From Eledone cirrhosa (lineage: Eukaryota), in assembly GCA_964016885.1 (NCBI GenBank), contig OZ024759.1:37200001-37264000 (forward strand): DNA of 64,000 nt. The letters run 5' to 3'. Positions within the stretch are counted from its first letter, which is position 1, and every line of letters starts with the position of its first letter. A program made the position numbers and the translations under genes. The notes under the pieces were generated by a model, which did no database searches, was not told where the DNA came from, and worked only from the letters and a program-made list of their open reading frames with translations. Below, piece after piece: positions 59,583 to 64,000 of the stretch.

Positions 59583-61831
59583 CCATCACACACTACGCCA
59601 GACCACCCTTTTATCTGTGTGACCTCGACCTTTTGTTTTGGGTTATTCACATAACCTGACCTCCCTTTATCTCCGCCTTTCCCCCTCCGTCCCCACCACC
59701 ACCTCCGTCCCCGCCACCCTCTCCGTCCCCGCCACCCCTCCACCACCGCTATCCCCGCCGCCACCATTTGATAGACAAGGGAACGAGGGGAAGGAGGAGG
59801 GGCGTTTTAAGTGGCTGAAGACAGATGGACAGACCCTCCCTCATTAGATGGACAAATGATGGGGTGGCGTATGGTGTGGGGGGGGGGGGACTTTTGAATA
59901 TGTCGGTTGTTGTTGTTGTTGTTTTGGCGGGTAGCACAGAGATTCTCTCACCTTATTGAACTTCAGTTTGATGATGATGATGATGTTGCTCTTTAGCCCT
60001 AGGCCGGTACAGGTGGACTAAAGGGAGGGAGTGAGAAGATATTGTGTGAGAGGGAGGAAGGGGGAGGTGATATTGTGTGAGGGAGGGGAGGGGGGTGATA
60101 TTGTGAGAGGGAGGGAGGGGGAGGTGATATTGTGTAAGAGGGAGGAAGGTGGAGGTGATATTGTGTGAGGGAGAGGGAGGGTGATATGTGATATTTAGGT
60201 CAACATTGTAAATAGATTGACAGACAGGTAGGTAAACATGTAGACATATTGATTGGTTCACTGATTGATTGATTGATTGGTAGATAGACAGGTGTGTATA
60301 TATATTATATGTATATATATATATGTTATATATATATATATATATATATATATAATCCGATAGATAGAGAGAGATATGTACTTTTAGATATACACCATCT
60401 CAGGTTCTCGTCTGCCCCTCTGTGTGTGTGTATGTATACGTTTGTCTGTATGCCTGTGTATGTGTCGGTGTGTGTATATGCATATGTCTGTGTGGGTGTG
60501 GATGTCTGTATACGTCTCTGTGTATGCCAGTGTATGTGTCTGAGTGTCTGTGTGTGTGTGTCTGTATACGTATGTGTGTATGCCTGTGTACGTGTCTGTG
60601 TGTATGCCTGTGTGTGTGTCAGTGTATGTGTCTGTGTGTATGCCTGTGTGTGTGTCGGTGTGTGTATATGCATATGTCTGTGTGTCTGTATACCCCTGTG
60701 TGTATGCCAGTGTATACCCCTGTGTGTATGCCAGTGTATGTGTCTGTGTATGCTAGTGTATGTGTCAGTGTATGTGTCTGTGTGTATGCCTGTGTATGTG
60801 TCGGTGTGTGTATATGCATATGTCTGTGTGTGTCTGTATACCCCTATGTGTATGCCAATGTATACCCCTGTGTGTATGCCAGTGTATGTGTCTGTGTATG
60901 CTAGTGTATGTGTCTGTGTGTGTCAGTGTATGTGTCTGTGTGTATGCCTGTGTATGTGTCGGTGTGTGTATATGCATATGTCTGTGTGTGTGTCTGTATA
61001 CGTCTGTGTGTATGCCAGTGTATGTGTCTGTGTATGCCAGTGTATGTGTCTGGGTGTATGCCAGTGTGTGTCTGGGTGTATGCCAGTGTCTGAGTGTATG
61101 CCAGTGTCTGAGTGTATGCCAGTGTCTGTGTATGCCAGTGTCTGTGTGTATGCCGGTGTATGCCAGTGTATGTGTCTGAGTGTCTGTGTGTGTGAATGAA
61201 AAGCTGACTGATAGATGATACGAATGTGTAAGGTGTAGAAAACTTTGTCAGTTCGGATGAAGGAGAGGGGGAGGAGAGAGGGGGTTGGGTAGTAGTGGGA
61301 GAGGCCGGTTGCATCCCTAACTATTGTAATCATGAAAGAAAGTGGGAGGGAGGGAGGGTAGGAAAGAGTTTGATGGACAAGAGGGAGGGAAGGGGAGGTG
61401 GACGTTCGGATAAAAACGAATTGAAGAATGGATACAACAAAAGGTGGTGGTGGGGTGGGGTAGGGTGGTGGATACTGGGAAAGTCCTCGGCAGAGGGAGA
61501 GGCTAGGATTGATAGTGTACTGAAAGTGGTGGTGGTAGTGGGGGTAATTGTGGTGGTGGTGGTGGTGGCAGTAGTAGTGGTGGTGGTGGATGAGGGGGTT
61601 GTGTTGGTGATGGTGGTTATCGTTGTTGTTGATTCACAAGACGTTCCAACCACGAACATCACCTATAATGTTTCAAACATTGTGTATCTAGGACTCCATT
61701 ATCCAATGTGTCTTTCTGTAAAGACAATAGGTTGTGATTTAAATGAAGGAGAGGGTGTTTAGCTCTTATTTCTTGTATCTCGATTGACTCCATTGAGTTT
61801 TCCCATTCTCTCTTACTAACCAAACATCTCT

Positions 61832-61868
<37 letters not shown>

Positions 61869-62654
61869 GTATATACTACTTACACACACACATGTATACT
61901 ATTACACACATACACACACACATATATATATACTACTAACACACACACATGTATACTATTACACACACACACACACACACACACATGTATATACTACTTA
62001 CACACACACATGTATATACTACTTACACACACACATGTATACTATTACACACACACACACATACAGATATATATATATATACTACTTACACACACACACA
62101 TATATAGAGCTAGGACCCTGTCCCATATAGACCCCACCCCCACCTAATCATCCCCCTCCCACCCACGCACCCCAACTACTGTCGATCTGTTTATATTTTC
62201 ATTGCGATTTAATTATTTTACTCTGAGCCCTACCCTGGCCCCTACGATGTCAGAGAGTGGTTCCTGGAGAAGGGTGTGGTGGCGGTGTGGCGAGAGTGGG
62301 GTCGTGTGGTGGCGGTGTGGGGAGAGTGGGGTCGTGTGGTGACGGGGAGGGTGGGGTGGCGGTGTGGGGAGGGTGGGGTCGTTTGGTGACGGTAGGGTTA
62401 GGAATGAAACATCCATCCTCACTCCTAGGATCAGAGAACAGTGTCACACACATACATACACAAGTGTATATATGTGTATATATATATATATATACATATA
62501 TGTGTGTGTGTATATATATATATATATATGTGTATATATATATATGTATATACATATATATATATGTATATACATATATATATATATGAATATACATATA
62601 TATATATATATATGTATATATATATGTATATATATGTATATATATATATATGTG

Positions 62655-62697
<43 letters not shown>

Positions 62698-62747
62698 TTA
62701 TTATTACTATATATATTATTATTACTATATATATGTATATATATATG

Positions 62748-62798
<51 letters not shown>

Positions 62799-62799
62799 G

Positions 62800-62832
<33 letters not shown>

Positions 62833-63178
62833 GTATATATATATATATACATATATATATATGTATATATATACATATATACATATATGTATATACATAT
62901 ATATATGTATATACATATTATACATGTATATATATATGTATATATATATATATGTATATACATATATGTATATATATATGTATATATATATATATGTATA
63001 TACATATATGTATATACATATTTATATGTATATATATATGTATATATATATATATATATGTATATACATATATGTATATACATATTTATATATATATATA
63101 TATGTATATACATATTTATATATATGTATATACATATATGTATATACATATTTATATATTTATATATATACACACACA

Positions 63179-63255
63179 AAGGGTGTTCCAAAAAATGTAA
63201 ACACACTTGGATTAGAATGCTGTTGAAGTATGTATATATTTTTTCGGATACCCTG
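63179..63255. mobile_element. Tc1/mariner-type MITE, same family as 49056-49127
   Basis: agggtgttccaaaaaatgtaaacacac...aatgctgttgaagtatgtatatattttttcggataccctg|ta. Confidence 0.65.
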
Positions 63256-63273
63256 TATATATTTATATATATA

Positions 63274-63408
<135 letters not shown>

Positions 63409-63416
63409 ATATACAG

Positions 63417-63475
<59 letters not shown>

Positions 63476-64000
63476 TACGGTGGTATATTTTATTTCTGCC
63501 ACCTACCGACACCATCTGCCTTGTACACCATCACCACCACAACCGGCCCCATCCCCACCAACACTACCAGCACAACCACCGGTCCCCACCTCCGCCACTA
63601 CCACATCTGGTCCTCACTGCCACCACCAATACCTCCCTCCCCCTCTAACTGTCTTCTGGTGGTTTGATGATGATGTAAGCGGGGCAAATCAAAGTAAACC
63701 AAATAGGTCGTAGAGAGAGAGAGAGAGGGGTTGAGGAGTAGAGGGAGTGAGGAGGAGTGAGGTGGTGGAGGAGAGAGAGAAAGAGGTGAGAGGGCGAGAG
63801 AAGTGTGAGAGATTTGAAAGAGCGAGAGATAAGTAGAGGGGGAGGAGAGAGAAAGAAACGAAAGTGTAAAAGTCAGGGGAGGAGGAGAGATGTGAGAGAG
63901 AGAGGAAGGGAGAGAAATATCTCCTCCTACTCCATTATGTGCACCCTTCAGCCGGAACTGATATCCCGGCATGCACCACAGCACCAATACAACAAGCCTC

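Overview
Eukaryotic (metazoan) genomic DNA, extremely rich in microsatellites ((TA)n, (CA)n, (CT)n, (ATAC)n, (CAC/CAT/CTA)n). The repeat content resembles an octopod cephalopod genome; this is an inference. The whole window appears to lie inside a + strand COE/EBF (Collier/Olf-1/EBF) transcription-factor gene. Only one 82-nt coding exon is visible (48601-48682, [27 protein letters not shown]), so at least 48 kb of upstream intron and 15 kb of downstream intron are present. The introns contain a 5'-truncated RTE-clade LINE with an intact RT frame (54968-56424, -), a 3' fragment of an L1/Tx1-like LINE, several tRNA-derived SINEs, small Tc1/mariner-type MITEs, a ~6.6 kb 27/30-bp minisatellite and a perfect 70-bp minisatellite. 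Almost all ORFs in the supplied track are microsatellite artefacts. The most interesting unexplained signals are: (1) a short non-coding repeat, present five times, that carries a type I hammerhead-ribozyme fold and forms head-to-head and tail-to-tail fold-backs in (TA)n, as Penelope-like elements or retrozymes do; (2) a dense recurrence of YY1/Pho-type CCGCCATNTT motifs in many of the small non-repetitive islands of this developmental-TF intron; (3) higher-order patterning of long and short units in the giant minisatellite.
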